This document shows, one piece after another, positions 31,244 through 44,176 of a stretch of DNA of 64,000 bases. The translations under genes were made by a program, and so were the position numbers. The stretch covers positions 62,001-126,000 of the forward strand of contig MU005957.1 of NCBI GenBank assembly GCA_010093745.1, read 5' to 3'. This stretch comes from Piedraia hortae CBS 480.64. Its lineage: Eukaryota. The notes below the pieces were generated by a model. The model did not search any database, was not told the origin of the DNA, and saw only the letters and a program-made list of their open reading frames with translations. Every line of letters starts with the position of its first letter. The first letter of the stretch is position 1.

Positions 31244-34200
31244 TATGATGGATGAATCAAAACGTTTTCCAGGCATGAATGGTAAATAGGCCGTGTATGT
31301 CCACTCCTATATGACTAGCCGTTACTTCATTTATTCACGTTTGTTGTCTCTTGGGTGGGATAGTAAGCCTTCTCACTGTATAAACGAAATCTTCAAGGCA
31401 ATGTTCATATACCCTGGTTGTCTAAGATGGTGATATTCAAATTAACAGGTTTGACTCTTGTGGGGAATAGCTACTGTAAACTAAACGCTTCTATGGATTT
31501 CGAAGTACTTGCATGACCTTTTCCCTGACACAATATATCTTGTTCATCTGCAGGGATGTTTCGATTTCATATCGCACGACACGGTTCCGCATCTTGTTGC
31601 GTGAATGTGGAACCGGGAAGGCGGGACGGTCTTGGCGCACCCCCGCCCCTTCTAATGTTTTTATTCGTATGCTTGACGAGCACAACCACAATGACATCCC
31701 CCTTACACTGTCACGCCTACCTTACCCCGCAGACCACGCCAAAGTTAGAAATGGTATAGACGACCCGTCTCTTCCCACGACAGCACCACCTCCTGCACAA
31801 CAGCCGCAGATACCCAGTCAGATAGGGAGTGGATGGTCATGACCCAGCTGTTGAATTCTTTTCCCAAGATGAGGGGAAACGCCTCCCTACCTCGTAGCAA
31901 ATGCTCTTAAAAGGTGACAAACCACACACCAGACTGGATGACAATTGCCGGCAACGAGGCATCTGACCATGCTTCAAGAGTGGAACGGATGATTGACTCT
32001 GAGGTATTCTTTTGCAGCCGCCGTCCGTCTCCCTCTCCAAAAAAGAAAAAAAATAAAATAAAATACACAAGGTTTCGATAGGTCACGGGCGAACAAGGCT
32101 ACCTGTCCGCCGACGGTGATGAGATGAGGGCGCGCGAGGGCAACAGCGTGCAAGAGCGAAGCAAATCCTTCGTTGTCATGCGTGCCGGAGGATTGGTACC
32201 TCGACTACTACTCGGACCGACTGCACAGTACCATGGGATGCCTGGATGAAATGTTCAAGGAGTGCCCCTCGCTCACAGTGTATATGTGGGGATGCTTATG
32301 AGTTTGTTGCCCCCTCTTACCTCTCAAAAGTCCTGTTCATCGAAGAGTTTTATATTCGGTAACTGTCCAGGAGAGTATCGACTACCATATAGGGTGGGTC
32401 GACATCATCATTCCATGTTCCTATCAAGATGGTTATACCACAACGGTATCCATACCATTCCCGATGGACATACCAGAAAATCATCAATATGAGGCCCTGC
32501 ATCTAGACCTCGACCTTATCAAATCTATCCTTGAGTATGACTTAGCCTCGTTCGAATTTTCAATACCCACCCTATACTGTCTCCCAGGTCCCTAAGTATT
32601 CCTCACAAAGCACGTCAATTCGTGAAACTGCGCGTGGAGAGAGTGTGAATGGTTTTGTCCGTTATCCTGGCCCAAGCCCAGCTATTTACTATCCTGTCAT
32701 GAGACATGATAACTTCAAGAGTGACCGCGAGCGGTTTGATCACACTGATGCAAACGTGTAATGTACCCCCGGCCGAGCAAAGGGAGCCATTCACTTTTAC
32801 TCCTATCTTGGGGAAAAGAAGCAAAGAACTTCCCGCCTAGGAATCGATGGATTTCGGGAAGGCGTCGAATCATTCGTTCGATGGTTGCACGAGTGGTGTC
32901 CTCACGAACATATGTCCGAAATAACATCCTCAACGAGACATGGCAAGTCCGGTTGATGAGGGTACGACGAGCAGGAAAGATGGAGATGATTTAACTTGGA
33001 GCCGCCTGAGGTTATTAACATTGTATGGTTGGGGATGAGAAAGATATCATCACATAGCAGAAGAGATGAGTAGACTTCAGCCTTAGGGATTATACATAAT
33101 TCGTGATTTAGCATACCAGGCTTTCTCTCTCACAAGCTTACGCTCTCCAGTGTCATCAAGGTTCGTTTCCTTTACGCATATACAGCTGTGGCGCAAGTCA
33201 GAGAAGGAATTTGTGCCACAAATGACGAAAAAATGCCAGTCGTCTGAATACATATTAATCCTAAGTGTTTGGTAAATTATGCGCGTTTACGAGAGCTGGG
33301 ACCTTTCGAATCCAGCTCAGATGCAATCAAGATTGAAGTGAGACATAAATACTACTTCAGCACACAACACTGCAAAGAACTGAAAAATTGACATACTAAT
33401 GAGAAAAAATGAATGAACAGCATATTGTGAATTAAATCCCTATGTACCAACCGTGCGCCGCGATGATAGCCCGACCGAGTCCGTGCCGAAAACCCATAAC
33501 CGACACCATAACTCTCTAGCCTCCTCACAAGGATATCGTAGTGTCGTCAGAATTCTACATGTGATTAAGGTTCATCAAAATGCGTTCTGATGCAACCGCT
33601 GAGCCGCGGTGGAGGCCGGCATCATCCAAGGCCAAGAAATGCTTCACAAACCCAGCCCACATTGGTCGGTGACATGAATTGTGCAACGATTTTCACTGAG
33701 TCCGAAGTGCTTTGCCATACGCTTTATGTTTGTGAACCATCAGGGGTCATATGGCAAAGTCGGAGCCTGCACATGTCTGCCCTGCGACAGACCGTCTCGT
33801 GGGCACAACTGGGATCTTCGTGGGCTGCCTCAAACACAGTCCACACGGCGTTCGATGTTCCCCGGATCTTTCTGGATCTTGGTGATACGGTGCCTCGCCA
33901 TCCATCTCCCGTAGTTGCACATGGTGTCATCTCGAAGCTTCCACCCGAACGGGTTGCCATCGACTTAATCGTATTTTGTGCTGATATGACCTATGTCCAT
34001 GAGGACAGCGCCATCGACACTGTCATCACTCTACAGGGCACAGGTGGCTGACTGCCTACTCTCCGCAAAGTCCAAAACCCTGTCCTACTGATACGGTGGC
34101 AACGCAAGAAACAACTCGGTGAGTTGTCTTTCGACGTCGTCATGAAAAGGCGACCCTTCTGACCAGCGGGCTTTCTCACGGTCTGTCCAACAAGACCGTG

Positions 34201-34860
34201 TCAGTGATTTGCTTCTCTTTCTGAGGACCAATCGCTGGCGTTGCTGGATTGACAGACTGCAAGGGTAGTAATCCTCTTCTGCTGATAAGCAGGGAGGCAC
34301 GGGCATGTGTCTTTCAGTTGGCGCAAGAGGTAGGCGCGGAACCGTGGGATGTTATATGCCATCGTGGCAGAGAGAAATCGACATGCCGACCAAGCACCGA
34401 ATGGTCGAGCTAGGCAGGGGAGAGGTGACGCCAACAGACTGTTTGATGAGAAGAAGCCGACATTCGTGAATGTCTTTCATATAATGAGACTCCACCGTAG
34501 TACTAATCGACCGGTTTGTAGCTTAAGTTCAGGAGAGAGGACGGCAACCCTGTTCTTTGCAACCTATGGCCGCAAGTGACAGACATTGGGGCTATATGGT
34601 GTATATTCCCATAATTATGGTTATGCAGAGAGGTTGAGCCTTCGCAGGGTATTTTAATGTCTTGGTAGAATTAGGATTGGAGGAGTGGTACCTAGAACAG
34701 GCCCCCTCCGAGAAACTGGCAGAATTGCACGAGTGCGCCAAGATTCGAGTTGACCCCACCAGCCCCGCATTACCAGGTTCGGATTGGCCTTGATCTTCAC
34801 GTGACTCCAAGACTCCACGTCATTTTGGGAGCGGCATAACGAACTGAACAGACACCAACG

Positions 34861-36336
34861 ATGGCTGTGCAACGCGGCGATTCGGAGCCGTCGACTACGC
34901 CTCCACCCACCGCCCACATGACGAAGCGTGACATCCGCCAGAATCGCATCAAGGAACGGCTGCGGAACATGGTGGAGGCCTTCAATTCGAACGAAGCACA
35001 GCACTACCGCTCGCAGCTGCAAGCAATGCAAGTTGGCATGGCGCTCGTCCAGCGCGTTGATAGCTTTGCCGATAACGGGCCGATGGAGGATGGGCCGGAA
35101 GAGCTCCGGCGGATGGTAGAGGAGCAAATGTCGCTGTCAGGACAGGTGGAGGACAATGCTGTGGCAGCCATGGCGACACAGCGGTTCGGAGAGTTTGTCC
35201 GAGAGGTGAATGATGCACTGGAAAAAAGGGACGCACAGTTGACGGCGCTGCACAACAGCTACCAGCAATCGGTGCGTGAGGTAGAGCGAGTGACGCAACA
35301 GAAGCTATACCAGGCCGACGAGGAGCACAAGGCGCTATCGAGCACCATCCGCCAGCGTCTAACTACGTCAATTAGTAAGAAGCGGCAGCAGCTGCTTCGG
35401 GACAAGGAACAACTGGACATCGCCGATAGCAACGCCTTCCTAATGAACCCTACCCTTTTCAGCATTAACAATACCAACCCAACATCTCCGGGGGCATATA
35501 ATCGCAAGACCAGGCATCTTCGCCATCGCGCCGTGAGTCCCGGCGGCGATGTGGGGAAGAAGCGCAAGTTGGCGGTTATGGAAGACGAAGGGGATAGCCC
35601 CGTGCGGGCGGGAAGCCGTGAACGGAGCGTCTACGCCCAGTACGAAGCTCCAGCCTACAGCCTCGAGCGCATCTTCACCGAAAAGGAACTCTCCATGGCC
35701 ACGGCAACGGCACAAATTGCCACATACCGGTACTTCAACCAACCTGAGTACGCCGAGGCAGCGACCGAAGGCGGCAGCCATGAAGAAGCACGTCCATCAA
35801 CAGAAAAAGCACAAACCCCACCGCCCTCGATGCTGGCGCCCGAAATGGAACGGTCAATATCCCATCAAGTCCTCACACGCAACGGGGCAAAAGCGAACCC
35901 TCTTGCCGCCTTCTCCGAGTTAGCCACGGATCTGGCCTTAGCTTCAGGTCAACACCCATCCAGCATCATTCGCAAAGACCCCTTTGCACCTTATTTGCCG
36001 CAGTTCCATGCCATTACTCGGGCAGAGAAGTCCGGAGCTCCTGCCCCTCCGCCGATTAGTGCGCAGGATATGGAACACGACTTCGACCTCATCCGGCGTC
36101 TGGCGACTCGCAAGGAGCCTGAGTTGATGCAAAAGATCACTAATAGGCCGTACACCACGGCGCCGTTTAGACTGCCGCTTATAGATACCGGAGCGGCCAA
36201 CATCCCGCCTAGAGTGGACAGGCCGGCGAACCTGGGGTTCGGGGTCGCCGGTGCCGAGACCGTAAGCATCGCCACTTCGGCAATGAGGAGAACGTTAAGT
36301 ACCAACGCGAGCGAGGCTGGTGGGGGGAAGAAGTAG
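34861..36336 (+). CDS. SDS3: Sds3-like subunit of the Rpd3/Sin3 histone deacetylase complex
   Basis: TKRDIRQNRIKERL, YRSQLQAMQ, EEHKALSSTIRQRL..KRQQLLRDKEQLDIADSNAFLMNP, YSLERIFTEKEL. Confidence 0.75.
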   Translation: MAVQRGDSEPSTTPPPTAHMTKRDIRQNRIKERLRNMVEAFNSNEAQHYRSQLQAMQVGMALVQRVDSFADNGPMEDGPEELRRMVEEQMSLSGQVEDNAVAAMATQRFGEFVREVNDALEKRDAQLTALHNSYQQSVREVERVTQQKLYQADEEHKALSSTIRQRLTTSISKKRQQLLRDKEQLDIADSNAFLMNPTLFSINNTNPTSPGAYNRKTRHLRHRAVSPGGDVGKKRKLAVMEDEGDSPVRAGSRERSVYAQYEAPAYSLERIFTEKELSMATATAQIATYRYFNQPEYAEAATEGGSHEEARPSTEKAQTPPPSMLAPEMERSISHQVLTRNGAKANPLAAFSELATDLALASGQHPSSIIRKDPFAPYLPQFHAITRAEKSGAPAPPPISAQDMEHDFDLIRRLATRKEPELMQKITNRPYTTAPFRLPLIDTGAANIPPRVDRPANLGFGVAGAETVSIATSAMRRTLSTNASEAGGGKK

Positions 36337-36459
36337 TCAGCTGTCAAAAGCTCTGTACCATAGCCTCCTCATGCGTAAAATGATATTTCTGTTGGCAATA
36401 AGTTATAAGCTACAAAGGAGGGTAAATCATGATACATTTTCCCAAAGGGAATGAAAATG

Positions 36460-37896
36460 TCATAAATGGTTCGCAGTCCACCGCCTCTTATGGCACCTTT
36501 CCGCGGTTTCGTCGTTGAGGACGATACCGCCCACGCCTTTTCGTATCCCGTCCACTCTACCGGGCTTCCAGTCTTTTGCTTCGCCGGCTGTCTTGACGAC
36601 TGTGGGTGAGGGGGGAGTCCATAGACCTGGCGACGCGTCTTTGGTGGAGGGGGATGTATCAGCGGGAGCTTCTTCGCCGTCCATACTCCATGCTGGCAAT
36701 TTTAATGGGCTTGGCAGCCGCTTTTTGACAGACGCAGGAGCTGCCGTCTCGAAGACGAGGGCATCACACCCGGACTGCGCTTTCGCGTGCGAGGCTGAGC
36801 GCGAATGTACCGCGCGCAGATGTTCGGTTGAGGCGAGTACGGATACGGTGTATTCTTTTGAGAGGCAATTTGATGGGTCGTCTGAGGAGCTCTGTGTTGA
36901 TGGTTTCTGTGTTGATGATGTCTGTGTTGGTGGAGTTGTTTTGCGCTCTGCCAGTGTCAGACTGCCCATACCGACGTCTACAAGGACAGGCTGGCCTGTC
37001 AAGGCTCCGATCAAAGCGTTGCAGCCCGCTCCGTGAGTTACCAAGATGACTACGGTTGGCTGAATTGCTTCCTCTGAGTAGTACTGGACAAGCTTCGCTA
37101 GGCCCCTTCGAAAGCGTCGTTGCATCGACGCCCAGGACTCGCCGTATTGGCCTCCGTCGCCCCAGTCAAGGGGCTCCCGAGAACTATTCCACGCCATGTC
37201 GACGTCCACGCAACGCTCGCGGGCATGGGTGAAGTAGCCTTTGGGAATGGGCCCTGTGACGGAAATGGCATATTGCGGTACGGGGGCGATGTAGTGGTCA
37301 CCGTCAGGGCGCAGAATAGATTCGGTAGATGGAGGTAGATCGGCAGTTGCTGTTATCGAGCGGCTTCTAACCAATGGTGCAATGGTGCCGCTGCCGGTGG
37401 TTGTACTTGTGCTGGCGCTGCGGGTCCAGAGCCGGGAGGAGCTACTTCTTGCGGCTGTGACTGAAGGGATATATTCATCTATGGTCTCGTTACGCAAGAG
37501 AGTCGCTTTAGCTGCGGCTAGCATCATGTGGCTGGGAGGCGGTGGGGTTATGTGTTCATAGTAGACGGGATTCAGCCATTCGCCCAGGAACTCATCGACC
37601 CGGAGCGTGGCCTTCTTGCTGTGTGGATGTCGTCGGGAGGATATCAGGCCCGATGCGATACCTACCGATGTCTCGATGCATCGCGTATAAGGGGAGCTGT
37701 GAATTAGGATTTGATAGGGATGTTCTGCGTCGCTGTCTGGCAGTAGATCTGCTATGCGTTCACCCAGAGCCCGGCTTTGGCTCCACCCGCTGTAGGTTAG
37801 AGGCGGATCGTAGGGGACAGGCGTGGACAGATGCCAGTCTCGTTGTGCTGCATCCAGCCGCAGACCATGACGGGCTACGATCACCTTAGCCGCCAT
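36460..37896 (-). CDS. Histidine phosphatase / phosphoglycerate mutase family protein
   Basis: VARHGLRLD, HSSPYTRCIET, LGEWL, VTHGAGCNALIG. Confidence 0.88.
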   Translation of the reverse strand: MAAKVIVARHGLRLDAAQRDWHLSTPVPYDPPLTYSGWSQSRALGERIADLLPDSDAEHPYQILIHSSPYTRCIETSVGIASGLISSRRHPHSKKATLRVDEFLGEWLNPVYYEHITPPPPSHMMLAAAKATLLRNETIDEYIPSVTAARSSSSRLWTRSASTSTTTGSGTIAPLVRSRSITATADLPPSTESILRPDGDHYIAPVPQYAISVTGPIPKGYFTHARERCVDVDMAWNSSREPLDWGDGGQYGESWASMQRRFRRGLAKLVQYYSEEAIQPTVVILVTHGAGCNALIGALTGQPVLVDVGMGSLTLAERKTTPPTQTSSTQKPSTQSSSDDPSNCLSKEYTVSVLASTEHLRAVHSRSASHAKAQSGCDALVFETAAPASVKKRLPSPLKLPAWSMDGEEAPADTSPSTKDASPGLWTPPSPTVVKTAGEAKDWKPGRVDGIRKGVGGIVLNDETAERCHKRRWTANHL

Positions 37897-37943
37897 GTTG
37901 TGCTCGAGTTAGGTGAATCGTACACTTGACTATCTACCACCGT

Positions 37944-39955
37944 CTACCCCAGCACAACTATTCTCCCTTCTACGCGGGGACAGATCCCTCTAGCCCAAAG
38001 TGCGCCAAATTCCTCGTCCTGCGAATCGCACGTCGCTGGTTGCCCTTTGAGCCCCGCCAGCCGCCACCACTTGCGAATTACTTTACGCACAAGAACCAAC
38101 TGCCTTTCATTGTCAGTGAGGAGCTTCCCAGCAGCTGAAACGGATCCGCGCACTGAGCCATCATCTTCGCTGTCTGATGGCGCTATCAGAGACTCATCCA
38201 CGGCCTGGATCCGAGGATGCTTCTTCGGAGACCCTGTCGAATATTGCTGACTTCGTGCTACCAGAGTAGGCGACTCGATAACCTTTTCTGGCGTAGATTC
38301 AGCGAGGTTGGCAGCTTTCTCTGGAGTCAATGGCTCCCTCACAGGCTGAACTTCATGAAGTGCCTCTTGTACTTCATCCCAGTGTCGACCCAGGTCGGGA
38401 CTCCAGTTTTTCCAACGTCCAATGACTTTGAGGCTCATGAAATACTGCCTAAGCAGAGACGAAATTAACATTCCGGTTTCATCTCCTACTATGCACTTTG
38501 CTTGGCCGCCATGCTCCTCCAGTAAAAGGCTTGTAAACCCGTCTTTCCCACGTACCATATATTCTCGAGTGGCCATGGTATAATTCTTGCTTAAATCCAA
38601 TGGGTTTCCCTTTATCATTATCTCACTACACCGCTTTCCTGCTGTCACCTTGGGGTCAAACTTGAAAGAAATGCCGCTGACCTGGGGAAATCTGCCCTCA
38701 AGCGCAGGGTATTTACTCACTGCATTTTCAAGTGCGTCTAGTACTGCTTGCCCAGTAACTTCAATCACCACGCAAGGATCCTCGAAAGGAAAGCAAAAGA
38801 CAATGTCCTTTACCTTTAGAACACCAGGTGGATACACTTGGTCCCCACGAATGGTTCCAGCCGCGATGATACAACAGTCGGCATTGTAGTGAAATCGCAT
38901 AAGGTCACACACAAAGTTGCCAATGTTTGATTCTTTCAGACGCACCGTGGTGAAACGCGAATCAAGAGGTGCAGCCGTGTATCCCAAAACCTTTTCCAAC
39001 TTTGGTGCCAAAGATGCAGTTATGGATGATATGATGGAAAGCGCTGCCGGGTCTTGGGCCACATGAGAGTTGACATCGCAGCGAACAATCTTGTATTCCC
39101 AAGTCTTGTTCTGTTGTTGCCAGCACTCAATATAAGACAGTTGTTTGAAGTCCGATCCGGACCGCAGCACATGTGTGCCATTGATAACATCATGGGCATA
39201 GTAATGATCGTGACCGCCCAAAATAATATCGATCGTGCCTGGTTCCACGTTCTGTGCAAGCTTATTATCATTTGGTTGGCGCTGGTGTGAGACTGCAATG
39301 ATCAGATCGGCACCATCTGCCCGAAGCTTAGCCGACAGTTCCTTAGCTACCACATCAGGCTCCACATAGTTGAGGTCTGGAGGAAGACTGTTGCACGTAT
39401 CCAGCCATTCCCGCTCAACGAGCCCCATGATACCAATTTGAATGCCGTTGGAAGCCTTAATCATGTATGTACGTTTGCAGTGACCAAGAGGAACATTTTG
39501 ACCAAGAGCTGGATCAAGTACATTGGCGCAGAGCCAGGGAAATGTGCACAGTGCGGCCAAATGTTCAAACTGTTCTACGCCAAAGTCCAGATCATGGTTT
39601 CCCAAGCATGATGCTGTAGTGTTGAGCATATTCAATGCCGGAACCATGTGTTTGCCTTTTGTGACTGTGCTCTCGAGACTTGGATTGAAGGCATCCCCGC
39701 TGAAAAAGGTCAAACATTCTGGCAAGTGCTTGAACCGTTCGTTGTGGGCATAATAGTCGCAGAGAGTCTTGAACCGAGCGAATCCACCAACGGGATCCCG
39801 GGATCCCGCTTCCACGTGGTAGACATCGTTGTAGTGAATGAACCGTAACTTTGGCTGATCTGTGATTGATTTATCCGGAGAGTATATGACAGACTCTGAT
39901 GACGATTAACACATGTCATGCCTGGACTGACGACCCTACCGTCGGTATCCTCCAT
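37944..39955 (-). CDS. 5'-nucleotidase (metallophosphoesterase plus 5_nucleotid_C); join 39955-39940, 39895-37944
   Basis: HYNDVYH, SGDAFNPS, GNHDLDFG, GGHDH, GTIRGD, GRFPQVSG; 44-nt intron GTAGGG...GTTAAT...CAG; no signal peptide. Confidence 0.92.
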
Positions 39956-40036
39956 AACTAGCCACACCCTTGCCTGGATCTTCCAAACGTTCTACAAATC
40001 ATGGCTTCAGCTCGCACAGGAGTGCCGTCTGAAGAC

Positions 40037-40081
40037 CACGTGATAGCCACGTGATGACATCTGCGACGTTTGTGACACGTT
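40037..40081. promoter_or_regulatory. Cluster of bHLH E-boxes (CACGTG x2, CACGTT) upstream of the 5'-nucleotidase
   Basis: CACGTG 40037-40042 and 40048-40053; CACGTT 40076-40081. Confidence 0.5.
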
Positions 40082-40683
40082 TTTGGGGGAAGCAGGCCCG
40101 CGAGTGATTTGTGAGACCATGTGGAACAGCAGGGATTGGGCATGAGCATTTACCGTAACACCGGGATTTGGCAGTAGAGAGCATAACCCATCTCTCATCA
40201 AGATTCCTAAGTTGTAGCTAGTGATAGATAGCGACTGTCAACAGGACTTGACCAGCTCAAGGCCACGGTGTTTCATGCTGACCATGGTTTCATCATCTCA
40301 TTATCACATGCTACAGATTTGCAGGTCAGAATATGCACTGATGACAGTTGGAGAAAGCCACATGAACAGGAACTTGGTATCAGCAGTGCATATGGATACG
40401 TTGGACAGGAAAAACAAACGCGTTAACGTGTGCAAGCCGCGGTGACGTGCAAAACGTAATGTGTAAAGGTCAAGGCAATGACGTCGGTCAGTGCCGCTCG
40501 GACCGTGTTGTAAAGCAAGTTTTACCTTTCGCCTTCCCACACACACCCATTTTACCACTTGACTCTTTCTCCTTCACTCTTCTTTAACAACCTCCAGCTG
40601 CGTGTCAAACCGCACCTTTTTGCGTTGTATTCAGTGGCTTGAGCTTCCCCGTCATCACGAGCTCCCCTTATCTGCAAATCGCA

Positions 40684-42285
40684 ATGGCCGATAAAGACTA
40701 TCCTCCTCACGGCACCCTGGATCCCGCTGCGGATAGCAAGGTAAGTGTCATGGCGGTGGATGGCGGTGGATGGCGGGTGTGATACAAGCTTCCCGCTCAC
40801 CCCACAAGCCGTGTTTAACTCAATGACTGACAGCTGCCCCAGTATCCCGAGAACCTCTTGTCGTCCAAGGGCGCCTCCACTACCCACAATTCGTCCTCGC
40901 TCGGAGCTGACATCAAGAGTGGCCTCTCGTCATTCGATGATAGCGCGGACGGTCGCACCTCTCTCGGCAGCTCTGGCATTGGTACCACGGGCTGGGAAAA
41001 TGACCTTACCGCACGTCCGTCCGGTAGCTCCGGCTTAGGCCATGGAACCACAGGTACTTCGTCTCTCGGTGGCACTGGCTTGGACAGCGGATACGGCACC
41101 GGCAACACTGGTCGTTCGTCCCTCGGTGGCTCGGGCTTGAACAGCGGCACTACCGGCCAGTCTACCCTCGGGGGCTCGAATTTGAGTGGCAGTGGCACTG
41201 GACGTTCCTCTCTTGGTGGTTCTGGCAATCCGTTTTCTAGCGGCACTACAGGAACTGCAGGTTATGGCTCTGGCTACGATCAGCATCCTGGTTCCCTTAG
41301 CGAAGGCCCCGTTGCTGACAAGGCCCGTCGCGAGATGAACCAAACCCAGAACGAGTTTAGCAATCTCGCAAACTCTCGCCACACGCCTCACACGCCTGCT
41401 GCTACTGGCCAAAACCTGACTCATTACCATTCGTTCTTCTACAATCTACTTAACTGGTCTAACCCCCGTGCCACTGGCATTACCTATGTCGCTATCGCCA
41501 GCTTCATTCTCGCTTGGCGCTTTCTGCCTCTCACGCGTTATGCTTTGCGCGGAACTTGGATGGTCCTGGGCTTGACAGCAGCTGCTGAGGTTGCTGGGCG
41601 TCTGGTCCTTGACCAGGGCCTTACGAGCAAGCTGAGGCCGCGGAAATACTACACAATTCCTCGCGAGACCTTGGAGACCACCATGGATGATTTGACCGAG
41701 TTAATCAACTTTTTCGTCATCGAGTTCCAGCGCGTGCTCTACGCTGAGAACGTCTACGTGACTATTGCGGTATGTGCTGTGTACATGATACGTGAATGAA
41801 GCTAATTATGGCAGACTTGCTTGACGGCCTTGCTTACTTACTTCCTCGTCAAGGTCACGCCTGCTTGGGGCTTGGCGTTGATGTTTACGACGTGCCTTTT
41901 CTTCGCACCGCTCATTTACCTCAGCAACAAGCAGCTCATTGATACTCAGCTCGCCAATGGTCGCGAAATCGTCCGCAAACAGACTCGTCAGGTTCGCGAT
42001 TTGGCATCTCACCACACCAGCCGTGCCATGGCTGTCAGCAGCAACACGATGAAGGATTACAGCGCCAAGGCCCAGGGAGCCTTGGGACAAAAGACTGGTT
42101 CGACGGGGTTGGCTGGCTCGAACACTGCCACCGCAGGGAAAACAGCTGGCTTGACTGGCACTCAATCTACTGGATCTTTGAGCTCGGCTGAAGAGCAGCT
42201 TCGTGGTGCCCCGAGTGTGCCCAGCTCCGACCTAAAGTCGGCTCTTGGTTCTCAGGAACGCACAGCTAAGCCTGTTGGCTTGTAA
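40684..42285 (+). CDS. RTN1: Reticulon-like ER-shaping protein; join 40684-40740, 40834-41769, 41815-42285
   Basis: LTHYHSFFYNLLNWSNPRATGI, RPRKYYTIPRETLE, INFFVIEFQRVLYAEN, PLIYLSNKQLID; two canonical introns. Confidence 0.88.
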
Positions 42286-42533
42286 GGGAAGGGGTTTGGA
42301 GAGCGAGCATGAAGCGACGAGGTCATGTCTCCTAGTTCCTAGCCCTAGTGTATTGTAACGATTGTAGCATCACAAGAATGGTTTAGTCTTTGCATCTCTG
42401 TCGCTAGCCCTCTAATCTGCAGTCTAGCCTTGGTTCATATTCATCATTCGTCTAATCGTACCCATGAACCATTTCAGCAGTCTCATGTCCCGTCCCAGTC
42501 ATATCTCATTTCCCTCATTTCCTCCTTCCCACT

Positions 42534-44176
42534 TCACCGCGAAGCAAGGTTAAGCAACCAAGTCGCGGCTCTAAAATCCGCCGGCTCAAATTTTTTACTC
42601 TTCCCACCATGTCCACCCGTCACAAAACTCCTAACCGGCGGCTGCTGCTGCTGCTGTTGTTGTTGCTGTTGCTGTTGCTGGTAATTGACCCTTGACAAAT
42701 CCCTCCTTCTCCTCCTCCCCTTATTCGCAGGTGTTTTCCTCTCTACCAAAAACTCATCATCACTATCCCCCTCCTCCTCACTCTGGGTTAATTTCGCCGA
42801 TTCCTCCGACAACGAAGGTGAGGTTTCGGAATAAGAGTCTGAGCTGGATGATAAGCGACGCTTTCGCGCCGCGCGTTTGGGGAGGGTGCGTTTTATGGGA
42901 CGTTTTGTTGGTTTGGGGCGGAAGGCGGGTGGGAAAGGGGGAGGGGGTTGAGCTGCCATCGCCGACGCTGATGCTGACGCTGACGTAGACGCAGCCGCTG
43001 CGCGGCGGGTTTGGATTCCACCCTTTTTGGGGGGCTGGGGGTTTATGCTTGTCCATGCGGGGGCATGGTGGATTATCTGGGTTGATTTTGGGGAGAGGGG
43101 GATTTCGGTGATGGGACTGTTTGTTGGGTTGTAGGTCCGGGTAGAGGAGGTGAATGGGGAACCGGGGTGGAAGAGGCCTGTTGGCATCGCTGCCGCGGTG
43201 GGCGAAGATGTGGGGAGTTGAGTGGGAAGAGGCAATGTTGGGGCGGATGGTGTTGTTGTTGTTGAGGCGGCGGCGAGACGATACATTTCCGCCTGCTCTT
43301 GGGCGTGACGGACGATTTCGGTGGGGATTTGCCAGCGTGCGAATTCAGGATGTTCGGGTCGCCAGCACTCGTGGAGGAACGCCGTGCCGAATATGGGGGT
43401 TAGTACCCAGCGGATGTTGAAGCAGAATGTTAGACATAGCGCCCGAGCGCAGGTGTACGGCATCCAATACCCCTGGGCGGCTAGGGCGCCACCGGTGATG
43501 GAGTGGGACAGGTCGGAGAGACCTGGGTTCGCGGCTATGGCGCGCGCGGGGGTTGTCTGGGTGTCTTTGTGTTAGATGGGAAAGGGGGGTGAGGGTGAAA
43601 GGGGACTGACCTTGGAGTAGCGAAGGGCTTTGAAGAATGGTGTTATTCGCACGAGCCCGACTTGGTAGTCCCACATCACAGTGTGCTCGCGCTTGTCGGG
43701 ATCGTTGGGGACTTTAAAGGTATATTGGAATACTTTGTAAGAAGTTAGTCGGGGCTGGGAGGTGTTTCGATGGATTTACCTTCGAAGCCATCGCGATTCG
43801 TCTTGCCGTAGAATGACTTCTTCTCGCTAGAGTACGGGATGTGACGCTGATAGTGACAGATGAGCCCTTGCTCGGGTGTGCCGTTGGGAAACACCTGGAA
43901 CAGCTGCTGCTGCATCCACAACTCATGCCTTTCGGCTTCTGAAAGGTTCCAGTCTTGCTCGATGCACTCATACGGTCTGTATCTGACTGGTGACTTTGGC
44001 ATTCCACGCACGAATATGGCGGCATCCTTGCCCGGCTTTGCTCGTTTAGGCATCTGCGGTGTCTGTGGCTGGGGAGTTGATCCGAGGGAGGAAGTAAATG
44101 CCGGCGTTGGAGGGCGGTTTGCATGAGGACGAGTAGGAACGGGGGCGGGATTAAGCAGTGAATCAATCTTGAGCAT
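42534..44176 (-). CDS. APSES/KilA-N transcription factor (XBP1-like); join 44176-43780, 43732-43611, 43556-42534
   Basis: [71 protein letters not shown]; introns of 47 and 54 nt. Confidence 0.9.
42641..42680 (-). repeat. CAG/CAA repeat encoding Q13 in the APSES factor
   Basis: gctgctgctg...tgttgttgctg on +. Confidence 0.9.
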
